A model generated the notes under the pieces. That model ran no database searches and was not told the DNA's origin. It was given only the letters and a program-made list of their open reading frames with translations. The position numbers and the translations under genes were made by a program. This document shows positions 9,925 through 20,706 of a stretch of DNA of 64,000 nucleotides, one piece after another (positions within the stretch are counted from its first letter, which is position 1; every line of letters begins with the position of its first letter). The DNA comes from Desulfatiglandales bacterium (lineage in GTDB: Bacteria > Desulfobacterota > DSM-4660 > Desulfatiglandales > Desulfatiglandaceae), in NCBI GenBank assembly GCA_963664475.2, contig CAXXXE010000007.1, positions 672,587 to 736,586 of the forward strand, read 5' to 3'.

Positions 9925-11073
9925 TCATAACGTACTGACCTGTTTGTATACTTCCACTGTTTTATTGACGCAGTTATCCCAACTGAATTCTTTGGCTCGC
10001 GTCAGACCTTTTTTTATTAACAGTGTACGCAATTGATTATCGGTTAATATACGCTCCAAATCAGAACTCATTTTGATCACATCGAAGGGCGCTGTCAGGA
10101 CGCCACAATCTCCTACAACTTCAGGGATCGAGGAAGTATTTGAGGCCAATACAGGAATCCCCGATGCCATCGCTTCCAATGGCGGAAAGCCAAATCCTTC
10201 GTAAATAGAAGGAAACGCCAAAACATAGGCCCCGGCATACAAGGAAACTAATTCATTTTCCGACAGATACCCCAGGGCCTTAAACCGGCCTTTACTTTCA
10301 AGTTGTTCAATGGTGGTATGAATTTCAGTATTTAACCAGCCGGACGGGCCCACATGAACGACCATAAAGTATTTTTTCAAGGATGCCGGCATATGGTTAT
10401 AAGCTTCAAGAAAATGTTTAATATTCTTTCTAGGCTCAATTGAACCCACCAATAAAATATAATTTTTATCCGTTAAGTGATATTTTTCTAATACTGGGAA
10501 TATCTCATCACGGCTTCGAGGTTTAAATTGTTCTGCAACCCCTTCAGGAATAACCGTGATCCGTTGGCTGTCAACACCTAAAACATTGACCATCTCATCT
10601 TTTGTAAATTGTGAAACGGCAATAAAATGGTCAGCGCGTTCTAATGTTTTCGGCATTTCTCTTTCAAAATATTGAATACGACCTTTTGGATGTAGATCTC
10701 TGTAGTGAATAAACGACAAATCGTGAATTGTAGAAATGGATATGCCGTCAAAAGGCATCAACATATAATTGGTTTCATGATAAATGAAATCATGTAATAA
10801 ATTAATTTTTTTTGATAATCGAAAATGAATGCAAGACATTGCGAGTGGTGCTATGAGAGCGGTATTCGCGATTTTATGCATAAATTTAACAATTGCCATT
10901 TCTCTTCCTGAACCGGCAAATTCAGGTTTTTCGGCCAATACCGTTTTATGATTAAAATATTTTACGGTTTCGATGGATGGATGCTTGATAACACTCTCTG
11001 ACAATATTGTTGTGTAGTGACCAATCCCTGATATTGGCGGCGCCATAGGCAACGAATTATAAAGAAGTTTCAT
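9925..11073 (-). CDS. Family-4 glycosyltransferase
   Basis: VGSIEPRKNI, YEGFGFPPLEAMASG; AT-rich relative to neighbours. Confidence 0.9.
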   Translation of the reverse strand: MKLLYNSLPMAPPISGIGHYTTILSESVIKHPSIETVKYFNHKTVLAEKPEFAGSGREMAIVKFMHKIANTALIAPLAMSCIHFRLSKKINLLHDFIYHETNYMLMPFDGISISTIHDLSFIHYRDLHPKGRIQYFEREMPKTLERADHFIAVSQFTKDEMVNVLGVDSQRITVIPEGVAEQFKPRSRDEIFPVLEKYHLTDKNYILLVGSIEPRKNIKHFLEAYNHMPASLKKYFMVVHVGPSGWLNTEIHTTIEQLESKGRFKALGYLSENELVSLYAGAYVLAFPSIYEGFGFPPLEAMASGIPVLASNTSSIPEVVGDCGVLTAPFDVIKMSSDLERILTDNQLRTLLIKKGLTRAKEFSWDNCVNKTVEVYKQVSTL

Positions 11074-11563
11074 TCAGTGCCTCTCCTGGCGGATCAATCC
11101 GATTTGTATGAATTCTTATGGGTTTACGGTTCACGTATCTTCTACTTTTGAGCATTTTCAATCCGTTGAATTACAAATGAAGGTCAGTGTCGAAGCAAAC
11201 ATCGCATCCCAGGCTCAAGAAAGACAAAACGCCTTATAATGCCTTATTTCCTGAACCTTGTCAAAAAGAACCAGAAGTTTATTCGGGTATCCTGCACTCA
11301 CAATTCATGGGTGGGGCATGCTTCAGTTTGCATTTTCGTCCTCATGCATCTTGTTTCCAAGTATGAAAACTCCCTTACCGTACGCATGAATTGACAACCT
11401 ACCCAAAATACGTTTAAATATTTCCCACAGTCGAACATGACAACAATTACAAGCTGCTTTTTCCCCATAAGGAAATGGTGCGGGACTCGACACAGTCACC
11501 AGACCGCCAATGACAACTTTCATCCAGGGAGTAGGACGGACGAACATTCAAAGGATAACCAAG

Positions 11564-12151
11564 ATGCTAAAAACAAATGAAAAGTATATTAGTCTTGAAG
11601 CATACTTTGCTGGAGAAAAAACCGCGGAATACAGGAGCGAATATTATCGCGGAGATGTTTTTGCCATGGCGGGCGGAACGCCCAACCACAACAGAATTAC
11701 GGTGAATCTGGTGAGTCTCCTGAATGCACAGTTCAAGGGCGGGTCATGCGAGGCATTTGCGAGCGATTTACGTGTGCAGGTTGAGCAGGATATCCACTAT
11801 GCTTATCCGGATGTTGTGGTCGTGTGTGGGGAGCTGAGCTTTTTTGGGGACCGTTCAGATACTATCGTGAATCCTGTTGTAATCGTGGAAGTGTTGTCGG
11901 AATCGACAAAAGACTACGATCGAGGAACGAAATTTACTGCTTACAGAAACATTGGAACACTGACGGATTACATATTGGTGGATCAGAATACGATTCACAT
12001 AGAATACTTTTCAAAAGAAGGCGATGGCGCCTGGAGATTGCGGGAATATTTCAGCACGGAAGGAGTCGTGGAGGTTAAATCAATCCAGGTTACGGCAACC
12101 ATAAAAAAAATATACGAAAGGGTCACTCCGATGCCAAAAAGGGAGATTTAG
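11564..12151 (+). CDS. Uma2-family (PD-(D/E)xK-like) endonuclease
   Basis: AMAGG..NHNRI, YPDVVVVC, VEVLSESTKDYDRG.K. Confidence 0.85.
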   Translation: MLKTNEKYISLEAYFAGEKTAEYRSEYYRGDVFAMAGGTPNHNRITVNLVSLLNAQFKGGSCEAFASDLRVQVEQDIHYAYPDVVVVCGELSFFGDRSDTIVNPVVIVEVLSESTKDYDRGTKFTAYRNIGTLTDYILVDQNTIHIEYFSKEGDGAWRLREYFSTEGVVEVKSIQVTATIKKIYERVTPMPKREI

Positions 12152-12219
12152 ACATGAATTAGGAACTCGTTCTCAGCCAGCGCGTGGGAACAAGTCCCTA
12201 ATTGGCAGTTCATGTGTTT

Positions 12220-13062
12220 CTAATATTCCCCCGGCATGGTTTTGAGTTTGGCCAAGGGAAAAACCGGGCCATCTTTGCATACATACTGGTCGCCGATGTT
12301 GCACCTGCCGCAGATGCCGATGCCGCATTTCATGCGCATTTCAAGTGAAAGGATGATCCGATCCGGCGAAAATCCGAGCTTTTCCAGGACCGGCTGGGTG
12401 AATTTGATCATGATGGGCGGTCCGCAAACGATGGCAATGGCGTTTTCCGCGCTGGTGATTTTCTGTTCGGTAATGGTGGGAACGAATCCCACATTGTACT
12501 TCCAGTCAGGATCATCCGTGCCGTCTACGGTGATGTGCATGTTGATGTCGTCCCGCTGTTCCCATGCGGCCAGCTCGTCCTTGTAGAGGAGCATACCGGG
12601 ACTTCTGGCGCCGTATACCACCGAGATGTCCGCGAATTTGGGCCTGTTTTCAGGGTCCAGCATATAGATGATGCTGGAACGCAGGGTGGTGAAAGCGAAC
12701 CCGCCTCCCACGATGACCACATGCTTGCCTTCCATCTCGTCCCAGGGATACCAGTTGCCCAAAGGGCCCCGAATCCCCATGATATCCCCTTCTTTCATGT
12801 TGTGCAGATGGGTGGTGACCAGTCCCACCTTGTTCACCGTAAAGGCTACAAACCCCTTTTCCGTGGGCGAAGATGCGATGCCGATGGGAATCTCTCCCTT
12901 TCCGGCAATGGACAATTCGCCAAATTGTCCCGGTGTATAGGCGAATTTTTTTTCGTCTTCCGGGTTAAGAAACACAAACCGGAAAGTCTTGAGGTTTTTA
13001 TCCTCTGTTTCCGTGACAATCCTGTCAATGCGAACAGGATAGGGTAAATAAGGATTTCCCAA
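12220..13062 (-). CDS. flxA: FAD/NAD(P)-binding oxidoreductase with 2Fe-2S (FlxA / AsrB-like), TTG start
   Basis: RGPLGN, VGGG, VCGPPIM, MKCGIGICGRC..CKDGPVF. Confidence 0.8.
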   Translation of the reverse strand: MGNPYLPYPVRIDRIVTETEDKNLKTFRFVFLNPEDEKKFAYTPGQFGELSIAGKGEIPIGIASSPTEKGFVAFTVNKVGLVTTHLHNMKEGDIMGIRGPLGNWYPWDEMEGKHVVIVGGGFAFTTLRSSIIYMLDPENRPKFADISVVYGARSPGMLLYKDELAAWEQRDDINMHITVDGTDDPDWKYNVGFVPTITEQKITSAENAIAIVCGPPIMIKFTQPVLEKLGFSPDRIILSLEMRMKCGIGICGRCNIGDQYVCKDGPVFPLAKLKTMPGEY

Positions 13063-13082
13063 TTGAACCCCCCCTCTATATT

Positions 13083-13110
13083 GCGCGCAGCGCCAAGCGC
13101 CGGGCGCAAC
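13083..13110. repeat. Intergenic heptamer tandem repeat (GCGCNNN x4)
   Basis: GCGCGCA GCGCCAA GCGCCGG GCGCAAC between flxB and flxA. Confidence 0.45.
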
Positions 13111-13184
13111 GCTTACAGTTTCCAGTATATGCGTCGAACACCTATCCGCCCGACGTTTAATTTTTCAACAGGTACGTGGTTGTC

Positions 13185-14225
13185 CTATGCAAAGCCATTC
13201 ATCAACTTGCAGACTTCCCGAATATCGATATTTACCGGACAATACCGGACGCAACGGCCACACCCGGAGCATTGAACTCCGTTTTCGTATTTATCCACAT
13301 AATACTTGAGTTTATGCATGAAACGCTGGCGTACCCGCTGGAACTTGTTGGCTCTTGGATTATGGCCCGACCCATGCAGGGAAAAGAGGGGGAACATGCA
13401 CGAATCCCAGTTGCGAATCCGATCGCCCTGTTTTCCCAAAACTTCGTCCTGGATGTCGAAACACCAGCAGGTGGGACAGAGATAGGTGCAGGTGCCGCAG
13501 TTGAGGCAGGCAAAAGCCACCTCCTGCCAGAAAGGAGCATCAAAAAGTTCGGTGGTCACTTTTTCTTTCAATTGGTCCGTGGGAACGATAGCTGTGATCT
13601 TTTCCCGGGCCGGCTGTTTCAGCGCTTCGGCCGCCGCAAGCGTCCCATCATCGGCGGCACTTCCGCCGGGCGCTTTTTCCAGGAATGCTTCTCCTTTGTC
13701 GGTGATGGCTTTTGCCAGGAACTTTTCCCCCAGATTAAAGAGCAGTACATCCAGCCCCTCTTCATTGAATGGGTCCCCTCCCACCTGGGTGCAGAAACAT
13801 GTGGTGCAGGGGGCGTTGCAACCGAGACCCACCAATGTGGTGGATTCAAAATGCCGGGTCCACCAGGGATCCTGGTATTCGGGACTGTCGAAGTTGCGTT
13901 TTACAATCTGAAAGGCATGGGCATCGCAGGGTCTGATGCCCACAATTGCACAGGGTGAATAGTCCTTGGGTGATTCCTTCAGAATATGGGCATCGTCGGC
14001 TGTTTCGTCCAGGGAATATTCAAACATTCGCTCCGATTCCGGATAAATTACGGATTTTGGAGGGAGTCTGCTGTTTTCATAATCAAAGTCCGGCGTTTTG
14101 TCTCCGTTAAGGAGCATAAAGGTGTGAAAATCGCCATCCTTCACCGGGCCAAAGATTCTATAAAATTCCTCTAAGCCCTTCATGGCCCCCAGCCATTCTT
14201 CCTTGGTGAATATTTTTTCTGTCAT
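13185..14225 (-). CDS. flxB: 4Fe-4S dicluster protein (FlxB / AsrA-like)
   Basis: RPCD, CLNCGTCTYLCPTCWC, RNWDSC, CSGCGRCVRYCPV. Confidence 0.8.
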   Translation of the reverse strand: MTEKIFTKEEWLGAMKGLEEFYRIFGPVKDGDFHTFMLLNGDKTPDFDYENSRLPPKSVIYPESERMFEYSLDETADDAHILKESPKDYSPCAIVGIRPCDAHAFQIVKRNFDSPEYQDPWWTRHFESTTLVGLGCNAPCTTCFCTQVGGDPFNEEGLDVLLFNLGEKFLAKAITDKGEAFLEKAPGGSAADDGTLAAAEALKQPAREKITAIVPTDQLKEKVTTELFDAPFWQEVAFACLNCGTCTYLCPTCWCFDIQDEVLGKQGDRIRNWDSCMFPLFSLHGSGHNPRANKFQRVRQRFMHKLKYYVDKYENGVQCSGCGRCVRYCPVNIDIREVCKLMNGFA

Positions 14226-14276
14226 AATAGCTTACCTTCATCCATTGATGATATGCGTTTGTCGCTGGTTTCCGGC

Positions 14277-15227
14277 CTATTTGATGAAGTCGTTGTAGTC
14301 ATCGGGCCGGTAAACATCCAGGGGCGGGCGTTTTTCGGGGTCAAGCCCCGCCTCCCACGAGAAAAGCGCCTGGGTATCCTTATTGAGTTTCTTGGTAAAC
14401 TGTCTCATGGAGATGCCCATGGGGCAGACCCGCTCACAGGCGCCGCAATCGGTGCATCGTCCCGCGCAATGATAAGCCCTTAAAAAATGAAAGGTCATGG
14501 TATCCGTAGGATCGATACTTTTCCCAACCCACTGGGGCGCGGATTCATCCACGAAACAGGTGGGGCAGTAACACAAGGGACAGGCGTTCCGGCAGGCGTA
14601 GCATCGAATGCATCGGCTGATGAGCCGTGTGAAAAATCCCTGCTTCTTTTCGGGATCCATGGTTTCGATTTTTTCCACATCCGTATAGGGGTTGATGCCT
14701 GTTTGTTCCACAACCGGCTCGCCCAGCATTTCATCGTACATGACGGGGTTGCGGTGAGTGCAAACCGCACAGTTGCTTTGAAGAAACTTTTGTTTCTCAA
14801 GGGTTTCCTCAAAATCTTTACCCTTGACCACAAATTTGGCCCCATCCTGTTGGATATCCAGGATTTCTTTATGCTTGACCGCACGGGCCACCGCCCGATG
14901 GTCGATCATCCCTTCGCAGGGGATGCCCACAATGTAGAGCTGATCTCGCTTGATCTGATTTTCGATAATGTGGGTGACGATGTTTCTCGAATTGCATCCA
15001 TTGGCGATGATGCCGATTTTGTCGGTTCGCTTGGTCAGATAATTGCACAGGTTCAGACCGCAAAAGTTGTCCCAGTAAAGCTGATCCACTTTATCAGGAT
15101 GGTTCACCAGCAGCGGCTCGTTCATCATGGGCACCGTTCCTTTTTGGTAGCCGATGAAGACCTCCACCTTTTCCTCCGTCAGCAACCTTTTGGCGGTTTC
15201 CCTGATTTTTTCAGTATATTTGAGCAT
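14277..15227 (-). CDS. flxC: 4Fe-4S protein (FlxC-like)
   Basis: CIRCYACRNACPLCYC and HCAGRCTDCGACERVCP. Confidence 0.75.
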   Translation of the reverse strand: MLKYTEKIRETAKRLLTEEKVEVFIGYQKGTVPMMNEPLLVNHPDKVDQLYWDNFCGLNLCNYLTKRTDKIGIIANGCNSRNIVTHIIENQIKRDQLYIVGIPCEGMIDHRAVARAVKHKEILDIQQDGAKFVVKGKDFEETLEKQKFLQSNCAVCTHRNPVMYDEMLGEPVVEQTGINPYTDVEKIETMDPEKKQGFFTRLISRCIRCYACRNACPLCYCPTCFVDESAPQWVGKSIDPTDTMTFHFLRAYHCAGRCTDCGACERVCPMGISMRQFTKKLNKDTQALFSWEAGLDPEKRPPLDVYRPDDYNDFIK

Positions 15228-15658
15228 TATGCCACCTCGGCTCTCGATTTAATGAAATAACGGGTCGGGCCCAGGGCCTTTACTTCTTTCGCCACAGTGT
15301 TTGCCACGTCAACAAACTTGGTCGCTTCAGCCGACGATATCCAGGAAAAATGGAGCCTGCCCGGTTCAAGGCCGATGTGTTCCAAGAGACCCTTTAACAA
15401 TGCGAATTTCCGTCTTGCGTAATAATTACCTTCCAGGTAATGGCAGTCGCCGGGGTGTCAGCCGGACACCCATACGCCGTCAGAACCGTGACGGAAGGCA
15501 GCCAATACAAACTTAGGGGTTACCCGGGCTGAACAGGGCACCCGGATGATCCTGAAATTCGGCGGATATTGAAAGCGGCTCACGCCCGCCAGGTCCGCTG
15601 CACCGTAACTGCACCAGTTACAGAGAAAGGTTGTGATTTTTGGTTCCCAATCGCTCAT
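15227..15658 (-). CDS. mvhD: MvhD/FlxD 2Fe-2S subunit, selenoprotein (UGA at 15458-15460), 143 aa
   Basis: [33 protein letters not shown] matches the MvhD GCHPGDCHY motif; frame continues to TAA at 15227-15229 overlapping the flxC ATG; hairpin ATTACCT-GGA-AGGTAAT 16 nt after the UGA. Confidence 0.9.
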
Positions 15659-15700
15659 TCCCTCATCTCCTATTGTAGTTAAACATCGTTTCCAATGAAA

Positions 15701-15790
15701 TTAGGTTTGGGGTGTAAGGCGTCAGGCTAATGATCAAGGTATTTTCCGCTCCTAACACCTAAAACTTAAAACTTAAAACTTAAAACTTAA
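15701..15790. repeat. Heptamer tandem array (TAAAACT x4) with degenerate inverted left arm
   Basis: TAAAACT repeats at 15760-15790; GGTTTGG/GGTGTAA/GGCGTCA at about 15704-15724. Confidence 0.7.
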
Positions 15791-15863
15791 AAAACCCCTA
15801 TACCACATCCCGAATTCAAATATTAGAAAAAAATGCAATTTTTAAAACGCGTCATTCAAACCC

Positions 15864-18800
15864 CTAAATCTGGTTGATCATGGCCATAATTTGTGCTTCC
15901 CCAAATCCCTTCAGGTTCAATGCGCCTGACCTGCAGGATGCCACGCAGAGGCCGCATCCCTTGCACAGGATAGGGTTGATCTCGGCTTTGCCCGCAAATC
16001 GTCCTTCCTCAATGAAAGACGGGGCCGAATAGGGACAAACGTCCACACAGACCCCACAACTGCTGCAAAGCAGGGGATTGACCTGGGCAATGGCGCCGCT
16101 GACCTGGATTTTTTGCCGGGCCAGCAGGGTAATGGCCCGGGAGGCCGCGGACTGGGCTTGCGCTACGGACTCATCGATGGGTTTGGGATAGTGGGCCATG
16201 CCGCATAGGAAAACGCCATCCGTGGCAAATTCAGAGGGCCCCAGTTTGGCATGAGCCTCCACAAAAAAACCATCTTCATTCATGGGCACCTTGAAAAACT
16301 GGGCCAGTTGTTCATCCCTGTAGGGCACAATGGCCGTGGCCAGGGAAACCAGGTCAGGTTTGATCAGAACAGGCCGGTTCAGGATGTAATCCATTGTCCT
16401 GACTTCAAGCCCATCGGGCCCAACGGCGATTTGGGGTTTTCGGTCCAGGGAGTACCGGATGAAAATGACCCCGGCCCGGCGGGCGTCACGGTACAGGTAT
16501 TCTCGCTCCCCATAGGTTCGAATGTCCCGGTAGAGGACATAGATATTCATGGCGGGGTTGATCTTTTTCAGATGAAGCGCGCTTTCAATGGTATGGGTGC
16601 AACAGACCCGGGAACAATAGGGCCGCCCGGGTTCGCGGCTTCCCACACATTGAATGAACAGGGCGGTATTGATTTTTTCAAGAGCAGGATCCTGGTTGAT
16701 GAGTTTTTGATCCAGGTCCAGGTGGGTCAATACTCTGGGATCCTGACCGTACAGATATTCATCGGGCTTGTATTCTTCCGCGCCCGTGGCGAGTACCGCT
16801 ACGCCGTGTTCAAAAACCGTTTCTTTGCCGTCTGCCTGAAGGGTGGTTGTGAAATTGCCCACAAACCCTTCCACGTTTTTAAGGGTGGTCCCCAGGTGAA
16901 GGTGAATTCGGTCGTCCGAACGCACCGAATCAATGAGAGTGCCTAGGTTTTGTTGAATCGGCTCATTCTGCCAGGTCTGGTAAAGGCCGCGGGCCTGTCC
17001 CCCCAGTCGGTCCGAACGTTCCACCAGAAAGACTTCGTAACCCTGTGCTGAAAGGCTCCGGGCGCAAGCCATCCCCGAAATTCCGCCGCCCACCACCATC
17101 GCTTTCTGGTCCACATCCACTTCAATTTCCTGAAGGGGTTCCAGGAGTGCCACTTTGGACACCGCCATGCGCACCAGATCCTTGGCCTTTTCCGTGGCCA
17201 TGGCCGGATTTTCCTTATGCACCCACGAGTCCTGATTGCGGATGTTGGTCATTTCAAACAGGTATTTGTTGAGACCGGCATTCACCAGGGTTTCCTGAAA
17301 AAGGGGCTCATGAGTCTTGGGAGTACAGGCTGCCACCACGATACGGTTTAGACGATTTTCCCGGATGACCTGGGTGATGGCATCCTGGGTGTCCTGGGAG
17401 CAGGTATAGAGGTTGTCGGCCACATATTCCACAAAGGGCAGGGAGGCGGCATAATCTCTTACCCCGGGGACATCCACCACACCGCCGATGTTGATGCCGC
17501 ACTGGCACACGAAAACCCCGACGCGGGGGCGTTGGCCTATGATGCTCTGTTCTTCAGGTGTTTGCCGTGTTCTGGTCAGGGTGTTTCTTGCCGCGCTCAT
17601 GACGGCGCCGGCTTCAGCGGCTGCTGCGCCAGCTTCGATGACGGACTGGGGAATGTCCTTGGGACCGGTAAAAACACCGCAACTGAAGATCCCTTCTCTG
17701 CTGGCTGCCACCGGGTGAAAAGAACTGGTTTGACAGAAATGACCCAGGGTCATGTCGATGCCTATCCGCTCGGCCAGATTGATGACGTCCGGGTCGGTTT
17801 CAAATCCCACAGACAGCACCACAAGATCAAAGTGTTCGGTAGCGGCATTTCCTTCTTCATCAGCGTATTGAATCGACACCTGGTCGTTTTCATCAGCGGA
17901 ATCCAGCGTATGCACCCGCGATCGGATGAAGCGGATGCCGTGCTTTTCCTTGGCATCTTCATAATATCGCTCAAAGTCTTTGCCGTGTGTGCGCATGTCC
18001 ATGAAGAAAATGGCGCAATCCAGTGCCTGGGTTGCATGCTCCTTGGCAATAACAGCTTCCTTGATGGCATACATGCAGCAGGCCGCGGAACAGTATCCGT
18101 TGCCGCATTGATTGACGTCCCGGCTTCCGACACACTGAAGCCATGCGATTTTTTTGGGTGTCTGATGGTCGGAGAGTCGGACCAGATGTCCCAGTGTGGG
18201 CCCCGAGGCGGATAGAATTCTCTCAAATTCCATTGATGTAATGACGTTGGGATGCGTCGAATATTTGTAGCTCTTGAGCTGAGTGGGGTCAAAGGGACGA
18301 TATCCCGGGGATAGAATGATGGCGCCCACTTCCAGTTCAAGCTTTTCGGGCGTCTGAGCATGGGTATCCAGGGTGACGGCGTCAGCGCCGCATGCCTCAA
18401 CGCATTGAAAACACTCACAGCAATAGCCGCAATTAAGGCAGCGATCCGCTTCTTCCTTCCCCATTTTTTCTCCAAGGCCCAGTTCCACTTCCTCGAAGTT
18501 GCCTTTTCTCAGGTTTAAATCGCGTTCGGGCATCCTGGCCCGGGCTATGGGAATGGTGTTTTCGGGAATGGGACGATGGATCGGGTGCTCGTTGACCATG
18601 GGGGTTCGGTTTTCGGCCATGTCTTCCTGGTTGATGTAGCGAACAATGGATTCAGCCGCTTCACGACCCGCCGCAATGGCGCCGATGGCAATCCAGGGAC
18701 CGGTCTGGAGATCGCCGCCGGCAAAAACGCCTTTTCTTCCGGTTTCGTAGGTCACCGGGTCCACTTCAACGGTGCCCCACCGGGTGAATTTCAGGCCCTC

Positions 18801-20300
18801 GACGTCTTTCAGGGTGGAAAGGTCGGGGCGTTGTCCGATGGCTGGAATGAGTTGATCGATATCCATATCAAAATCGCTGCCTGCAATGGGGACGGGCCTT
18901 CGTCTGCCCGATGCATCGGGCTCTCCCAGTTCCATGCGGATGCAACGCAGTCCGGTCAGCCGGCCATCCTCGATCAAGGCAGCCTGTGGTGCGCAAAGGT
19001 AGGTCAGTAAGACCCCTTCGGCCTCCGCTGCCTGGATTTCTTCTTCCCAGGCCGGCATTTCAGCTCGGGTTCGGCGATATAGAATCGTGACGGACTCGGC
19101 CCCCAGCCTGATGGCTGCGCGGGATACGTCAATGGCCACATTGCCGCCCCCCACAATAGCCACCCGTTTGCCTACCGTTGCTGTCCCTTCAAGGTTTACT
19201 TCCCTAAGAAAATCAACCCCTTGTCGAATGCCATCCGCCTCTTCTCCGGCAATGCCGAGGCCGATCCCCTTGTGGGCGCCGAGGGCCAGGTAAACCGCTT
19301 TGTAGCCATTATTGAGAAGGTCGTCCACGCAAAGGTCGGGTCCCAGGGGCGTATGGGTTTTGATTTCTACCCCCAGGCGGGTTATGATTTCGATTTCTCG
19401 ATCCAGGATATCAGAGGGCAGGCGATGATCGGGAATGCCCACCCGGAGCATACCGCCGGGTTTGGGCAAAGCTTCAAAAATAGTGGCTAAAACGCCGTTT
19501 CGGGCCAGGTGATAGGCGGCGGAGAGGCCAGCGGGGCCGGCGCCGATAATGGCGACTTTTTCTGCCCTCGGGGGGAGACAGGGGATCTCTATGGTTCTGG
19601 GATCCACCTGGTCGGCGGCGAGTCTTTTAAGGTCCCGAATGGCGACGGGTTCATCCACCTGTGCCCTTCTGCAGGCATCTTCGCAACCATGGGGACAAAT
19701 GCGGCCCAGGACGCCGGGCAGGGGTAGATCCGCCATGATAATCTTGAGGGCTTCTTCATATTTACCCTGGCCCACCATCTGCACATAACCCTGTACATTC
19801 AGTCCGGCCGGGCAGGCCAGCCGGCAGGGCGCCTTATCCGTTTTCTGGATGGAAAAGCTGCCCGGAATGGCCTGTGCGTACTTTTTAAAGGTGGCTTTTC
19901 GTGCCACCAGGCCCTGATCATATTCGCTGGGCAGGGAAACGGGGCAGGCCTCGGCGCAATCGCCGCAGGCTGTACATTTATTGGGGTCAATATAGCGCGG
20001 GGTTTTTTGAATGGTGACCCTGAAATTTCCCGTGGAACCCGTAACCTCTTCCACTGTCGCGCAGGTGATCAGGTTGATGTTCAGATGCCGGCCGACCTCG
20101 ACCAGTTTGGGGGATATGATTCACATGGCGCAGTCATTGGTGGGAAAGGTTTTATCCAGTTCACTCATGACCCCGCCGATGGCCGAGGATTTTTCTACTA
20201 AATGAACAAGATATCCCGAATCGGCCAAGTCAAGAGCCGACTGCATTCCCGCAATGCCGCCTCCGACGACCAATGCGGAACCGATGGTTTTATTAGGCAT
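15864..20300 (-). CDS. hdrL: HdrL-type heterodisulfide reductase A with inserted GltD-like NAD(P)H oxidoreductase domain, selenoprotein (UGA at 20121-20123), about 1478 aa
   Basis: ATG 20300 with GGAGG; [34 protein letters not shown] is in frame with the 1396 aa ORF; two QCVGSR HdrA motifs, IIGAGPAG and VGGGNVAID; SECIS-like hairpin CUGGUCG-AGGU-CGGCCGG 15 nt after the UGA. Confidence 0.9.
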
Positions 20301-20706
20301 GAAAGGTTCCTCCGATGCGCTTTTCACAGTGTTGTTAGACCACAAATTTATACATTCGAGAACCGTTACGCGCAAAAATCTTTCGTACGCCGTTAAAACG
20401 ACGGTTTATGACATATTACCGATTTAATGCCTTTATTTTTTTAATCTTTTAGTGCCGAAACAGTTTCGAAAAGTATGCCGAAAAAATCAAATTCGATGTT
20501 CTATCATGCGCTTGACGAAAGTATCTTTCCCACTATTTCCAAGATCTGTCAATAAAAAATTTTCTTGCTTTTTGCGGTTTCGGGTTGTGTAAGGGGTAAT
20601 GGCCGCCGGTTTTTCCCTGGGATCTTGAACGTGATATGAAGGGATGGTACACTCATGCAAATTTCATTTATTTTCGTCGGTTTTTAACGAAAGGAACCCA
20701 TAAATT

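Noticed and set aside
15458-20375. mvhD and hdrL as pseudogenes or split ORFs, as in the ORF track
   Set aside because: Both stops are UGA at conserved Cys positions with downstream hairpins; selenocysteine explains them better.
20440-20490. Sigma-54 promoter for hdrL
   Set aside because: The minus-strand candidates (CGGCATACTTTTCGA, CGGCACTAAAAG) lack the -12 GC.
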